From: an uncultured delta proteobacterium
GTDB lineage: Bacteria; Desulfobacterota; Binatia; UBA9968
NCBI GenBank assembly: GCA_963745835.1
Contig: CAVUZH010000025.1
Location: 128,001 to 192,000, forward strand
Length of the DNA stretch: 64,000 bases
Direction: 5' to 3'
In this document: in pieces, positions 11,276-20,594 of the stretch
Layout of the letters: every line of letters starts with the position of its first letter
Numbering within the stretch: the stretch's first letter is position 1
Program-made: the position numbers and the translations under genes
Notes under the pieces: model-generated
Seen by the model: the letters and a program-made list of their open reading frames with translations, nothing else
Databases searched by the model: none
Told to the model about the DNA's origin: nothing

Positions 11276-11428
11276 ATGGGCGAGTTCTTGATGGATCTGT
11301 GGTCATTTATGAAAGAGCGGAAGAAGTTTTGGCTTTTTCCAATCATCATCTGGCTGGTTCTGCTCGGCGGGTTGATAGTTCTTACTTCTGGATCTGCTGT
11401 TGCGCCTTTCATTTATACGCTGTTTTAG
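11276..11428 (+). CDS. SxtK/DUF5989-like 50-aa membrane peptide (absent from the ORF track)
   Basis: Hand translation MGEFLMDLWSFMKERKKFWLFPIIIWLVLLGGLIVLTSGSAVAPFIYTLF*; GGAGG RBS; RKKFWL.P and APFIYTLF signatures. Confidence 0.9.
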   Translation: MGEFLMDLWSFMKERKKFWLFPIIIWLVLLGGLIVLTSGSAVAPFIYTLF

Positions 11429-11473
11429 AATGGAGCCCTCAGATATCGCAACTCAGCACTCCCAAACACCACC

Positions 11474-12634
11474 ATGAGCTCTGAATTTATTCCATTTCAT
11501 AAGCCTGCTATCGGCGAGGACGAAATCCGTTCGGTCGTCGAGACGCTTAGATCGGGTTGGTTGACCACCGGACCCAAGGTCAAAAAATTTGAAGCGGAAT
11601 TTGCAAGTTACACGGGTTCTTCGCATGCCGTGGCAGTTAATTCCGCAACCGCGGCGCTTCATCTGGCGCTTGAGGCCGTGGGCATCAAGAGCGGCGACGA
11701 GGTCATCGTGCCGACCATGACGTTTACAGCGACGGCGGAGGTCGTGCTTTATCTAGGAGCGCGTCCGGTTCTCGTCGATTGCAGGACCGATGATCTCAAC
11801 ATCGATGTCGATCGGATCGAGGCATCGATCTCTAGTAACACCAAGGCAATTATTCCGGTTCATATCGCGGGCCGCCCATGCGCAATGGACCAGATTCTGG
11901 CGATCGCGCAAAGGCATCGGTTACGAGTGATCGAGGATGCAGCGCACGCGCTACCCGCCAGCCATCGAGGCAGAAAAGTCGGAGCCATCGGGGATATTAC
12001 TTGTTTCTCCTTTTATGCAACCAAGACAATCACGACCGGCGAGGGAGGAATGGCAACCACCGAGAATCCTGAGTGGGCGAAGCGGATGAGGATGATGAGC
12101 CTTCACGGGATTAGCCATGATGCTTGGGACCGCTACACGGAAAAAGGGTCTTGGTACTACGAAGTCCTGCAGCCCGGGTACAAATACAACATGACGGACA
12201 TCGCCGCTGCGTTAGGAATCGAGCAGTTGAAGAGATGCAACGATTTCTATCAGGCCCGGCGGCGCATCGCCGAACGGTATAATAAAGCGTTTGCCGATTT
12301 GCCGGAGATCCAGGTGCCGCCCTGCGGCTCTGACTTAGAGCATGCCTGGCACCTTTATATCATCCAGCTCAAGCTGGACCGGCTGAGCATTGATCGACAC
12401 GATTTCATTAAAGCGCTAAACAGCCGAAGGATTGGAACATCTGTGCATTTCATTCCGCTCCATCTCCATCCCTTCTACAAGCAAACCTTTAGTTGTCAGC
12501 CTGCGGATTTCCCTCAGGCCAGCGCGACCTTCGATCGGATCGTTTCAATACCGATATATCCGACGATGACGGAGCAGAACGTGTCTGACGTCATTGCGGC
12601 CATACGCAGCCTGGTTCAGGAATATCGCAGGTGA
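11474..12634 (+). CDS. DegT/DnrJ/EryC1/StrS aminotransferase
   Basis: SGWLTTGPKV, NSATAALHL, EDAAHA, SFYATKTITTGEGG, GYKYNMTDI. Confidence 0.93.
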   Translation: MSSEFIPFHKPAIGEDEIRSVVETLRSGWLTTGPKVKKFEAEFASYTGSSHAVAVNSATAALHLALEAVGIKSGDEVIVPTMTFTATAEVVLYLGARPVLVDCRTDDLNIDVDRIEASISSNTKAIIPVHIAGRPCAMDQILAIAQRHRLRVIEDAAHALPASHRGRKVGAIGDITCFSFYATKTITTGEGGMATTENPEWAKRMRMMSLHGISHDAWDRYTEKGSWYYEVLQPGYKYNMTDIAAALGIEQLKRCNDFYQARRRIAERYNKAFADLPEIQVPPCGSDLEHAWHLYIIQLKLDRLSIDRHDFIKALNSRRIGTSVHFIPLHLHPFYKQTFSCQPADFPQASATFDRIVSIPIYPTMTEQNVSDVIAAIRSLVQEYRR

Positions 12635-13239
12635 TTAAAAGGGCCTTTGACATTGCGATCGCAGCGACCGGTCTCATCGCGCTATTGCCGGTGATGGCCG
12701 TCGTGGCGGTTTTGATCAAATGCGATTCTCACGGTCCCGTCTTTTTTAAACAAAGAAGAATGGGGAGAGGGTTTCGAGATTTTTTGATCTACAAATTTCG
12801 TACAATGAAACAAGAGTCCGAGCTAACCGGACGTTTGATCACGATAGGAGAGGATCCAAGAATTACCCGCGTCGGTAGGCTCTTGCGCAAAACAAAGATC
12901 GATGAGTTGCCGCAGCTTATCAATGTTCTAAAAGGGGAGATGAGTTTAGTCGGTCCACGACCCGAACTGCCGCGGTTCGTCGAGCTTTTTCGTAGTGAGT
13001 ACGCCGAGATACTCACTGTTCGCCCGGGCATCACCGACCTTGCCTCGCTTAAATATCAGGATGAAGCAAAACTGATGGGCCAGTTTACCAATCCCGAAGA
13101 GGAATATGTCAGGAGCATTCTGCCGGACAAGATCCGCCTCGCCAAAGAATATATTGACCGCTCGTCAATGTTCTTCGACCTCAGCTTGATTCTAAGAACT
13201 TTGCCGAAGCTATTTGACTTCAAGCCATTGTCGCATTGA
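12631..13239 (+). CDS. Initiating polyprenyl-phosphate hexose-1-phosphate transferase (bacterial sugar transferase)
   Basis: KRAFDI, YKFRTM, DPRITRVGRLLRKTKIDELPQL, MSLVGPRPE, PGIT. Confidence 0.93.
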   Translation: MIKRAFDIAIAATGLIALLPVMAVVAVLIKCDSHGPVFFKQRRMGRGFRDFLIYKFRTMKQESELTGRLITIGEDPRITRVGRLLRKTKIDELPQLINVLKGEMSLVGPRPELPRFVELFRSEYAEILTVRPGITDLASLKYQDEAKLMGQFTNPEEEYVRSILPDKIRLAKEYIDRSSMFFDLSLILRTLPKLFDFKPLSH

Positions 13240-13259
13240 TATACCTGGGGTATCGCTCA

Positions 13260-14105
13260 ATGATAAGCAATCAAAGCATGATAGACGCTCCGGTCATTCG
13301 CATCGAGCCTTCCCGCGGTTGGATATCACTTAAACTCAATGAATTATGGGAATATCGCGAATTGCTCTACTTTCTAGCTTGGCGAGATATCAAAATCCGC
13401 TATAAGCAAACGGTATTGGGAGCGGCGTGGGCGATTATTCAGCCATTTTTCACCATGGTTGTTTTCAGTGTTTTCTTCGGCCGTCTCGCTGGCATTCCCT
13501 CGGACGGTGTTCCTTATCCCATTTTCAGTTTTGCCGGGTTGGTGCCATGGACGTTCTTCGCCAATAGTTTGAATCAATCGTCAAACAGTCTGGTAAGCAG
13601 TGCGAATCTCATCCAAAAGGTTTATTTCCCACGCCTGGCGGTACCGATCGCAACCGTCTTTTCCGGGATTGTAGATTTCGCCCTGGCTTTTTTGATGTTG
13701 CTGGCTATGATGCTTTACTACGGCATGGTTCCGACTTTGAACGTGCTCTGGCTTCCGGCCTTTTTTCTTTTGGCCTTAATCACCTCACTCGGAGTGGGAC
13801 TGTGGCTTTCCGCCATGAACGTCCGCTTCCGTGATGTCCGTTATATCGTTCCGTTTTTAGTTCAGTTCTGGATGTTCTCCACTCCCATTGCCTATCCGAG
13901 CAGTCTTCTTTCGGAGCCCTGGCGTACTCTGTACGGCCTCAACCCGATGGTCGGTGTAATCGAGGGGTTTCGATGGGGTTTGTTAGGGACCAACACGGCG
14001 CCTGGAGCGATTATCTTTGTTTCTTCCTTCGTGGCGATGGCGATCTTTATCGGCGGGGCGTTTTATTTCAGACGGGTCGAGAAAACGTTCGCGGACATCG
14101 TCTAA
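13260..14105 (+). CDS. wzm: ABC-2 polysaccharide exporter permease
   Basis: ELWEYRELL, RYKQTVLGAAWAIIQP, KVYFPR, FRDVRY, LNPM, FADIV. Start could be 13236, 13260 or 13278. Confidence 0.93.
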   Translation: MISNQSMIDAPVIRIEPSRGWISLKLNELWEYRELLYFLAWRDIKIRYKQTVLGAAWAIIQPFFTMVVFSVFFGRLAGIPSDGVPYPIFSFAGLVPWTFFANSLNQSSNSLVSSANLIQKVYFPRLAVPIATVFSGIVDFALAFLMLLAMMLYYGMVPTLNVLWLPAFFLLALITSLGVGLWLSAMNVRFRDVRYIVPFLVQFWMFSTPIAYPSSLLSEPWRTLYGLNPMVGVIEGFRWGLLGTNTAPGAIIFVSSFVAMAIFIGGAFYFRRVEKTFADIV

Positions 14106-14140
14106 TGCGAATTCCAATTAGAATTTTCATTGTTTCATTA

Positions 14141-14463
14141 ATGATCGGTAGAGAGACGGAGCAATTTGCTATCGTGTTCGTCGTCGGCATCGCCTAACAA
14201 CAGCGCAAAAAAATGTGCTTGACTATCAGTTGCTCAAATTCAGGCGCGCCTATCGGTGCCAATGACCGCGAGGCGAATCGGGCTAAGTCTCGCAAGGGAT
14301 TTCATTCACAAATCGGCATAGTAGAAAAAGAGCCGTCAGAGGCCACTGGCTGATCAGCCAGGAAGCTTCATCTTGAAAGATTAGGACCCGCGAAGCTGCT
14401 CCATGAATCAGGCGCCTGAGAGCTATCTTCACGAGCATCACTAGAACCACCAGGCATGCGTAA
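14141..14463 (+). pseudogene. Decayed four-helix-bundle protein gene (23S rRNA IVP / TIGR02436-like)
   Basis: Fragments across frames: QLLK-SG..IGANDREANRAKSRK.F...IGIVEKE.SE..WL ... LLHES..LRAIFTSITRTTRHA*; several indels and a stop. Confidence 0.75.
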
Positions 14464-14465
14464 AC

Positions 14466-14514
14466 AATTTGGAATTGTGAATTTCGAACTTCGCAATTCG
14501 AAATCAGAAATTTA
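14466..14514. repeat. Degenerate 7-nt tandem/inverted repeats
   Basis: AATTTGG AATTGTG AATTTCG AACTTCG CAATTCG AAATCAG AAATTTA; ATTTCGAA and TTCGAAAT can pair. Similar units at 14107-14127. Confidence 0.7.
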
Positions 14515-14517
14515 TTT

Positions 14518-15840
14518 ATGAGCCTTTTAGCTGTTCATGTCGAGAAACTGAGCAAACTCTATCAGATCGGTCCGGCGGAGACGTACGCGACGATTCGGGA
14601 GAGCTTGATGGAGGCGTTCGCCGCTCCATTCCGTCGTGCGCGTGAGAAGCTTCAGTCTTCCAACCGGCAGGTCTGCTCGATTAGCGATACGATCTGGGCG
14701 CTGAAGGATGTTTCTTTTGAGATTAAGCAGGGAGAGATTGTCGGGATTATCGGGCGCAATGGGGCCGGCAAGAGCACGCTACTGAAAATTCTTTCGCGCA
14801 TCACCGAGCCGACCGATGGCTTTGCTGAAATCCATGGGCGGGTCGGCTCGTTGTTGGAAGTCGGAACCGGTTTCCACGGCGAGCTGAGTGGACGGGAGAA
14901 TATCTACCTGAACGGCGCCATCTTAGGCATGAGAAAGACGGAGATTGGCCGGAAGTTCGACGAGATCGTCGCTTTCGCGGAAGTGGAGAAGTTCATCGAT
15001 ACGCCGGTTAAGCGGTACTCCACCGGCATGTATCTGCGACTCGCGTTCGCAGTGGCGGCACACCTAGAACCGGAGATTTTGATTGTGGATGAGGTGCTTG
15101 CCGTAGGGGATGCCTCTTTTCAAAACAAATGCATAGGTAAAATGGGAGCCGTCGCCAAAGAAGGTCGAACCGTTCTTTTTGTCAGTCATAATGTCGCTGC
15201 GGTCAAGTCGCTTTGTAGTCGAGCCATTTTGCTGGATCGCGGGCAGGTGGATTGCGACGGGCGGGTCGATGACGTCGTGGATCGTTACGTCATGGCCAAC
15301 AGCAACGTGCTCAAGAGCGGGGCTATACCGGACGATGTGGAGCGGATCGGTACGGGTGAAGCGAAACTACGTTCCGTGCAACTCGCTAACATATCCTGTA
15401 ATCCGGTTTCAGAACTGTACTTTGGTCAGCCGTTCCGCGTCACGCTCGGGTTTGACGTCCTCACAAACATCCGGGATGTTTTTGTAGAAGTGAATATTGG
15501 CAAGCCCGATGGAACTGAGGTAGTTTTTTCTACCACGGTCGACGAAGGACAGCGACCGATGGATTTAACGACCGGACGCTATCAGGTGAATGCAGAATTC
15601 GACATCGTGCTCCTGCCCGGGCGGTATTCGATCGGTTTAGGTATTCACTTTATCGACGGTATGACCATCGATTTTATTCGACGTGTTATGGATTTTCGAA
15701 TTTTAAAAGTAGCGCAGAATGGGCACGGCGACTACCTCTGGGACACTGTTCGGGGCTATGTGCGTGGTCTTCCCCGCTGGGGAATGCATAAAATGGCGGG
15801 TTCAGAAGCTGCGCAAGCGATTAAGTTCCATCTCGCTTAG
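14518..15840 (+). CDS. wzt: Polysaccharide ABC exporter ATPase with C-terminal Wzt_C domain
   Basis: GRNGAGKST Walker A, LLEVGTGFH, PVKRYSTGM, IVDEVLAVGD, VSHN; ~180-aa C-terminal extension. Confidence 0.94.
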   Translation: MSLLAVHVEKLSKLYQIGPAETYATIRESLMEAFAAPFRRAREKLQSSNRQVCSISDTIWALKDVSFEIKQGEIVGIIGRNGAGKSTLLKILSRITEPTDGFAEIHGRVGSLLEVGTGFHGELSGRENIYLNGAILGMRKTEIGRKFDEIVAFAEVEKFIDTPVKRYSTGMYLRLAFAVAAHLEPEILIVDEVLAVGDASFQNKCIGKMGAVAKEGRTVLFVSHNVAAVKSLCSRAILLDRGQVDCDGRVDDVVDRYVMANSNVLKSGAIPDDVERIGTGEAKLRSVQLANISCNPVSELYFGQPFRVTLGFDVLTNIRDVFVEVNIGKPDGTEVVFSTTVDEGQRPMDLTTGRYQVNAEFDIVLLPGRYSIGLGIHFIDGMTIDFIRRVMDFRILKVAQNGHGDYLWDTVRGYVRGLPRWGMHKMAGSEAAQAIKFHLA

Positions 15841-15896
15841 CAAGGATCGGATAAAAAAATGGTTCATGATTGCTTCCGATTTGGCGCACCTCGGCC

Positions 15897-17066
15897 ATGA
15901 GAATCCCGATTGCAAAGTGCGTGTTCGGCGAAGAGGAACTACTGGCCGTACAAAAGCCGTTAGAAACGGGCTGGGTTGTGCAGGGACCCTTCGTGCGCCA
16001 GTTCGAGGAGAAATTCTCAAACTTTACAGGAGCCCCCTTCTCGGTTGCGACAAGTTCTTGCACGACTGCATTGCACATAGCCGTGGCGGCTTTGGGATTG
16101 AAGCCGGGCGATGAAGTCATCGTGCCGGCATTCACCTGGGTAGCAACCGCCAACGCGGTCGAATACATGGGCGCGCGGCCTATCTTCTGTGACATCGATC
16201 TAAACACGTTTAATATCGCTACAGACCAGATCGAAGCGCTGATTACACCGCGTACGGTGGGGATCATTCCGGTGCACCTCTTCGGGCTCTGCGCCGACAT
16301 GCAACCGATTATGGACATTGCGAAAAGACACAGCCTGTGGGTAGTGGAAGACGCCGCCTGTGCTTTTGGTGCTTACTATCGTGAGCGCCATGCCGGCACG
16401 TTTGGCGGGACGGGCTGCTTTAGCTTTCACCCACGTAAGTCTATCACTACCGGCGAAGGAGGGATGATCACGACTCAGAGGGAAGATGTCGACCGACTAG
16501 CGCGGAGCTTGCGCGATCATGGCGTGTCTCACTCCGACTCGACTCACCAGCAGGAAAAAGGGACCTTTCTCCTCGCGGAATATAACCATCTTGGCTACAA
16601 CTATCGCCTGACCGATATTCAGGGAGCCTTGGGCTGTGCGCAAATAGACAAGGCAGAGTGGATTCTCGCCGAACGCGCCCGTTGCGCGCGCATTTACGAC
16701 ACAATGTTAGCCGATGTGCCATGGCTCAAAAGACCCGATGTGCCCGAAGGCTATGTGCACGGGTACCAGTCTTACGTCTGCTTGTTCTGTCCTGACGAAC
16801 CTACCCTGAAAAACGTGGAGAAACTGTACCGGCAACGTAATGATTTGATGTTGAGGTTGGAGGCGAAAGGGATCGCCACGCGCCAGGGGACCCATGCTCC
16901 GGTGATTCTGGGCTATTACGCCCAGAAATACGAACTGCGTCCCGAGCAGTTTCCCAAGGCTTACATCGCCGACCGGTTAAGTTTGACGCTTCCGCTGTAC
17001 GCCCAGATGACGGACGCTGAACAGAGTCTCGTGTGTCAGAGCCTTCGCGACGCACTCGATGCATAG
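15897..17066 (+). CDS. DegT/DnrJ/EryC1/StrS aminotransferase (perosamine-synthase-like)
   Basis: GWVVQGP, SSCTTALH, EDAACAFGA, SFHPRKSITTGEGG, GYNYRLTDIQ. Confidence 0.92.
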   Translation: MRIPIAKCVFGEEELLAVQKPLETGWVVQGPFVRQFEEKFSNFTGAPFSVATSSCTTALHIAVAALGLKPGDEVIVPAFTWVATANAVEYMGARPIFCDIDLNTFNIATDQIEALITPRTVGIIPVHLFGLCADMQPIMDIAKRHSLWVVEDAACAFGAYYRERHAGTFGGTGCFSFHPRKSITTGEGGMITTQREDVDRLARSLRDHGVSHSDSTHQQEKGTFLLAEYNHLGYNYRLTDIQGALGCAQIDKAEWILAERARCARIYDTMLADVPWLKRPDVPEGYVHGYQSYVCLFCPDEPTLKNVEKLYRQRNDLMLRLEAKGIATRQGTHAPVILGYYAQKYELRPEQFPKAYIADRLSLTLPLYAQMTDAEQSLVCQSLRDALDA

Positions 17067-17215
17067 GTCGTCGCTCCAGTTCCGGTCTTTAATCGGAAAG
17101 ACACTTTTGCAGGCTAATAAGTTGAACGGTCCTGGGAGCGACGCAATATGATCCGAGCGCATCGTTTCAAAGCTCGACAAGCTCCTTAGAGTATCATTAA
17201 AGGATTCATTGATTT

Positions 17216-19318
17216 GTGATGATCTACGCCAACCTTCGACCCCAAGTGCGATCTTCCATAGACTTCGGCCGCATTACTGTTGTGCTGGCCACTGTCATTC
17301 TTGGCCTACTTATTCATGGGATGCACGCAAGCAAGCTTGGACTGTACTGGGATGACAGTGAACTATGGCTGCAGCCAATGCAGTGGGCTGACGGAAGCGT
17401 AATGCAATTTGTTCTGAGTGATACGTTTGGAGTCTTGCGTGCGGAAAGACCTTTTGCCCATTTTCTGATGACAATACATCGCGCCGCCTTTGCAATCAGT
17501 CTCCCTGCACTGCACTGGAGCCAGGTTCTCTTACTGATACTGAACGCTGTCACCCTGGAAGTTATTGCATCGAAAATCGTTAACGAGAACTGGTATGTCT
17601 TTGCGGCTGGGGTTATCTTTCTTACTTACCCCCTGGCTCCTTTACACGCCATATGTCCAATTACTTTGCTTCACGTCTGGGCTTGTCTACTAGCCCTCCT
17701 GACCCTCTTGTTTTCTTGGTATGGCCTGAGGGCTAACGAGACGCGACGGCTCATGTGGTTTGCTCTTGGCTCCATCACGTACGTTGCAAGTATATTGACG
17801 CATGAAGTATTTGCTCTGATCCCACCTGTATTTGTGTGCCTGTTTGTCCTGTCGAAAACCAGACAGAACACTGCGGAATGGTATCAATTTTGGCGCATGT
17901 CACTCTACAAACCAGCTATTCAGGGGCTGGGTGTATTCGCGGGTCTCTTCGGACTATATGGGCTCTGGCGGGTGCTGATTCTCCCCACGTATGGAGTCTT
18001 TGGATACCCTAACTCTGATATAGTGTTAAGCCCGATAATCGTCGCAAAGAAGCTTCTAGCAGGCATAACAATCGGGTTTGTCCCTTGGGCCACAGTTTTA
18101 GACCGAATTAATTTATCCAGCCCGCCCATCACGTATGTCTTTTTTTCTGCTGGGCTGTTTGTTATTACATGGATCATTACTTTCCAGCTATTGCTACGTT
18201 CACCCGCCTATGATCACAGCGATCATCAAAACGCCGCGAAAAATCCTGGCGATGACCATTGGGTCCAAGCAGCCAGGACCGGCATAGCGTTGTTCGTAGC
18301 CGCGGTTTTAGCTATCGCGGTATCCCCTTCGGATGTCGATGTAAATTTTGGAGTCAACTCCCTGTCGCCCGGTCCGCGGGTTAACTTCGTCGCCACAATT
18401 GGCATCGCTCTCGCGCTGCCCGTCCTGTTTGCCCTGCTCGCGCAGTGGTCCCGCCGTTTTATAAGACTGGTGCAGTGTCATCCCCGCTCTATGAGACTTT
18501 TGGGCCTTGCGGGTATTGCCTGTCTCATATACGTAGGGTTCATTGGATTCCCTGCAGATGGGAGCGTTTTTTCACATCAGAGTGCTGTGCCAATTCTGTT
18601 CACTCGCTATTCACTAGCTTATGGATTGCTGGTGGTCGCATATGTATTCGTGATGGTACTTGTTACTGGAATGGTCGTCCTGTCATCGGTGTCTTATTTG
18701 CGTGACACGAGATCGCCTCCCATAGTCATCGTTCCCCGCATGCGTGCCCAATGTCTTTCTTGGGCAGTGGCCTGTATCGTCCTGTTCGGAACCCTTTTCC
18801 ACCTTAGTATCAAAGAGGAATTCGCTGACGAGTGGCGCCGTCACAAAGCTATGCTCGAGCAACTTCACGCTATCGCTCCTGCACTTGAGGACGACACATT
18901 TGTCATCATTGTTCATGAGGAGCTTAGCCGATCAGTTTCTATGCCCTATATGAGTCATTCGGAACTTAGCTCCTTCCTGCTAGCACTCTATGCTAATTGG
19001 TCAATCATGGGGACTACGGACCGGAACACCCGTTTCTATCCGGATGGAGTCGAAGCGCGATATTACGGGAAAGTCGCGATGTGGTTGCCTCCCGGTGTAA
19101 AGGGTCCAGCAAACATATATTATGCTACCTTACCTGTGCCACGGATATCCTATGATCGTCTTCTTCTGTTCTCATTCGACGGAACTAGTCTACGGCTGCT
19201 TCCTGAGATGGAGGTTGAGGTTGAAGGGAATGGGCGTGGAGTTGTGATGAATAATCCGGAACGAATTCTAAATCAAACATCGCTCAAAATGGCTGTATGG
19301 CGGCATGTGACCGACTAG
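17216..19318 (+). CDS. Large polytopic membrane protein, probable GT-C-type glycosyltransferase
   Basis: 700 aa with more than 10 hydrophobic segments; GLYWDD after TM1, RP motif, conserved-looking HE; soluble C-terminal domain. Confidence 0.6.
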   Translation: MMIYANLRPQVRSSIDFGRITVVLATVILGLLIHGMHASKLGLYWDDSELWLQPMQWADGSVMQFVLSDTFGVLRAERPFAHFLMTIHRAAFAISLPALHWSQVLLLILNAVTLEVIASKIVNENWYVFAAGVIFLTYPLAPLHAICPITLLHVWACLLALLTLLFSWYGLRANETRRLMWFALGSITYVASILTHEVFALIPPVFVCLFVLSKTRQNTAEWYQFWRMSLYKPAIQGLGVFAGLFGLYGLWRVLILPTYGVFGYPNSDIVLSPIIVAKKLLAGITIGFVPWATVLDRINLSSPPITYVFFSAGLFVITWIITFQLLLRSPAYDHSDHQNAAKNPGDDHWVQAARTGIALFVAAVLAIAVSPSDVDVNFGVNSLSPGPRVNFVATIGIALALPVLFALLAQWSRRFIRLVQCHPRSMRLLGLAGIACLIYVGFIGFPADGSVFSHQSAVPILFTRYSLAYGLLVVAYVFVMVLVTGMVVLSSVSYLRDTRSPPIVIVPRMRAQCLSWAVACIVLFGTLFHLSIKEEFADEWRRHKAMLEQLHAIAPALEDDTFVIIVHEELSRSVSMPYMSHSELSSFLLALYANWSIMGTTDRNTRFYPDGVEARYYGKVAMWLPPGVKGPANIYYATLPVPRISYDRLLLFSFDGTSLRLLPEMEVEVEGNGRGVVMNNPERILNQTSLKMAVWRHVTD

Positions 19319-19666
19319 TATTCGAAGAGTAAATGCTATCAGGCCTGTAATTTCTCAATGTACCATTCATGGGTAATATATCCTAGGTTTACATATGCGT
19401 ACCGTCCAGTTCGTTTGCTATCTTGCCGCGCAATGGATTCCTTCCTGATTGCGCTTGCGCCTGCTGTCGTTCCACTGGCGTTCTTCATAGCTTAGTGTTG
19501 CTGCGCGACCGCACCTCATGGCATAGAACTGCTGGATTTGTGGGTCTTAGCGGTGTGGGCCTGGCGCGAGAGTTACAACAGTATGTTGGGTAGCAAGCCG
19601 TTGTTTGGTTGCAAACGCCTACTCTGATAGGCCTGCTTCCTGAATCCGCTGGTAGCAGCGGGGATC

Positions 19667-19835
19667 GTGCGCTCGTGAGGGCGTCACATTAGCACGGTGA
19701 AAGTTCGTGTCGTCATTGCGGCCTCTGTGTTAGCAAGCCAATTCCGATGTGGAAACCACCGACTCGAGAGGCGTCTGTGGGGAGAACCGCACCACGGTTC
19801 GGCGGGCAGGGACGGAGAGCCGTTTCTGACCCTAT
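19667..19835 (+). mobile_element. Internally deleted, ORF-less group II intron remnant
   Basis: 5-prime GTGCG...CACGGTGAAAGTTCGTG; 3-prime CCACCGACTCGAGAGGCGTCTGTGGGGAGAACCGCACCACGGTTCGGCGGG (domain V-like), then CAGGGACGG-AGAG-CCGTTTCTGACCCTAT (domain VI, bulged A, AY end). Confidence 0.8.
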
Positions 19836-20200
19836 CTGCACGCTTATTTTTGAATCGCCAACGAGAGATGGAAGAATGCATTCTTATCTTTTGACACTAG
19901 CGGAGAGGTTTGACGCTCTGACGTTTTTTGCTCATTGGCTTTCCTGTTTTGCTGGTGTTTGGGATTTATGCAGGAGCCAAGGCGATTGGAAGAAAAGACG
20001 TCGTTGCCTTAGTAACGCTTATCTTCATGGTCACCAATATTCTGTATGTCTCTTTGCTCATAACGGTTTTTGGCGAGGAGGATCACAATCGTTACCGGTT
20101 CACAGTTGATGCCTTTTATTTGATGTTGCTCGGCCTGTTAATTTCATCTGGGATTGCTGCAGTGAAAACCGGTGGTTTCAAGCGCAAGCTCGTTATCTAG
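19836..20200 (+). pseudogene. C-terminal fragment of a membrane protein (GT-C-like)
   Basis: Hydrophobic 90-aa fragment 19928-20200 containing EEDHNRYRF; no intact N-terminus; lies directly after the intron remnant. Confidence 0.5.
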
Positions 20201-20594
20201 GTGAGCAGTTGGGGCGGATCTCGATCCATCCATCATAGAAGTCTCTCACGAAAAACCTGTCATGGGGTTTCCCGGAGGTCGTGTGATTCTTAGCTGTGGA
20301 TTACCTATTCTTTTAAAGAACTCGATTGACTCGGTGTGTTTACTTTAACCGATTTGAACTGGCTTTTCCTCATCTGCCATCGTGGCAACTTCCACTAGTA
20401 TCATCCGCAGTACACGCGACGGACGGACGTAAGATGATCTCAGCGTGGTTAATCCGCCGAACTGTGCTTTCAGTTACAACATGTGATGCGCGGGCCGGAG
20501 ACGCTGCCGCTGTCTGTCTATGGACAGTTGTCATCGGATCAAACAGGCACTGATGGCAAATGCCGTCGCGGCCTATACGGGAGACCCATAAACT

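Noticed and set aside
8771-11428. Saxitoxin biosynthesis cluster
   Set aside because: No sxtA, sxtG or sxtB; the context is polysaccharide synthesis.
14141-19835. Diversity-generating retroelement or active retroelement (Avd-like relic plus intron relic)
   Set aside because: No reverse transcriptase and no TR/VR repeat pair seen; the two relics are 5 kb apart.
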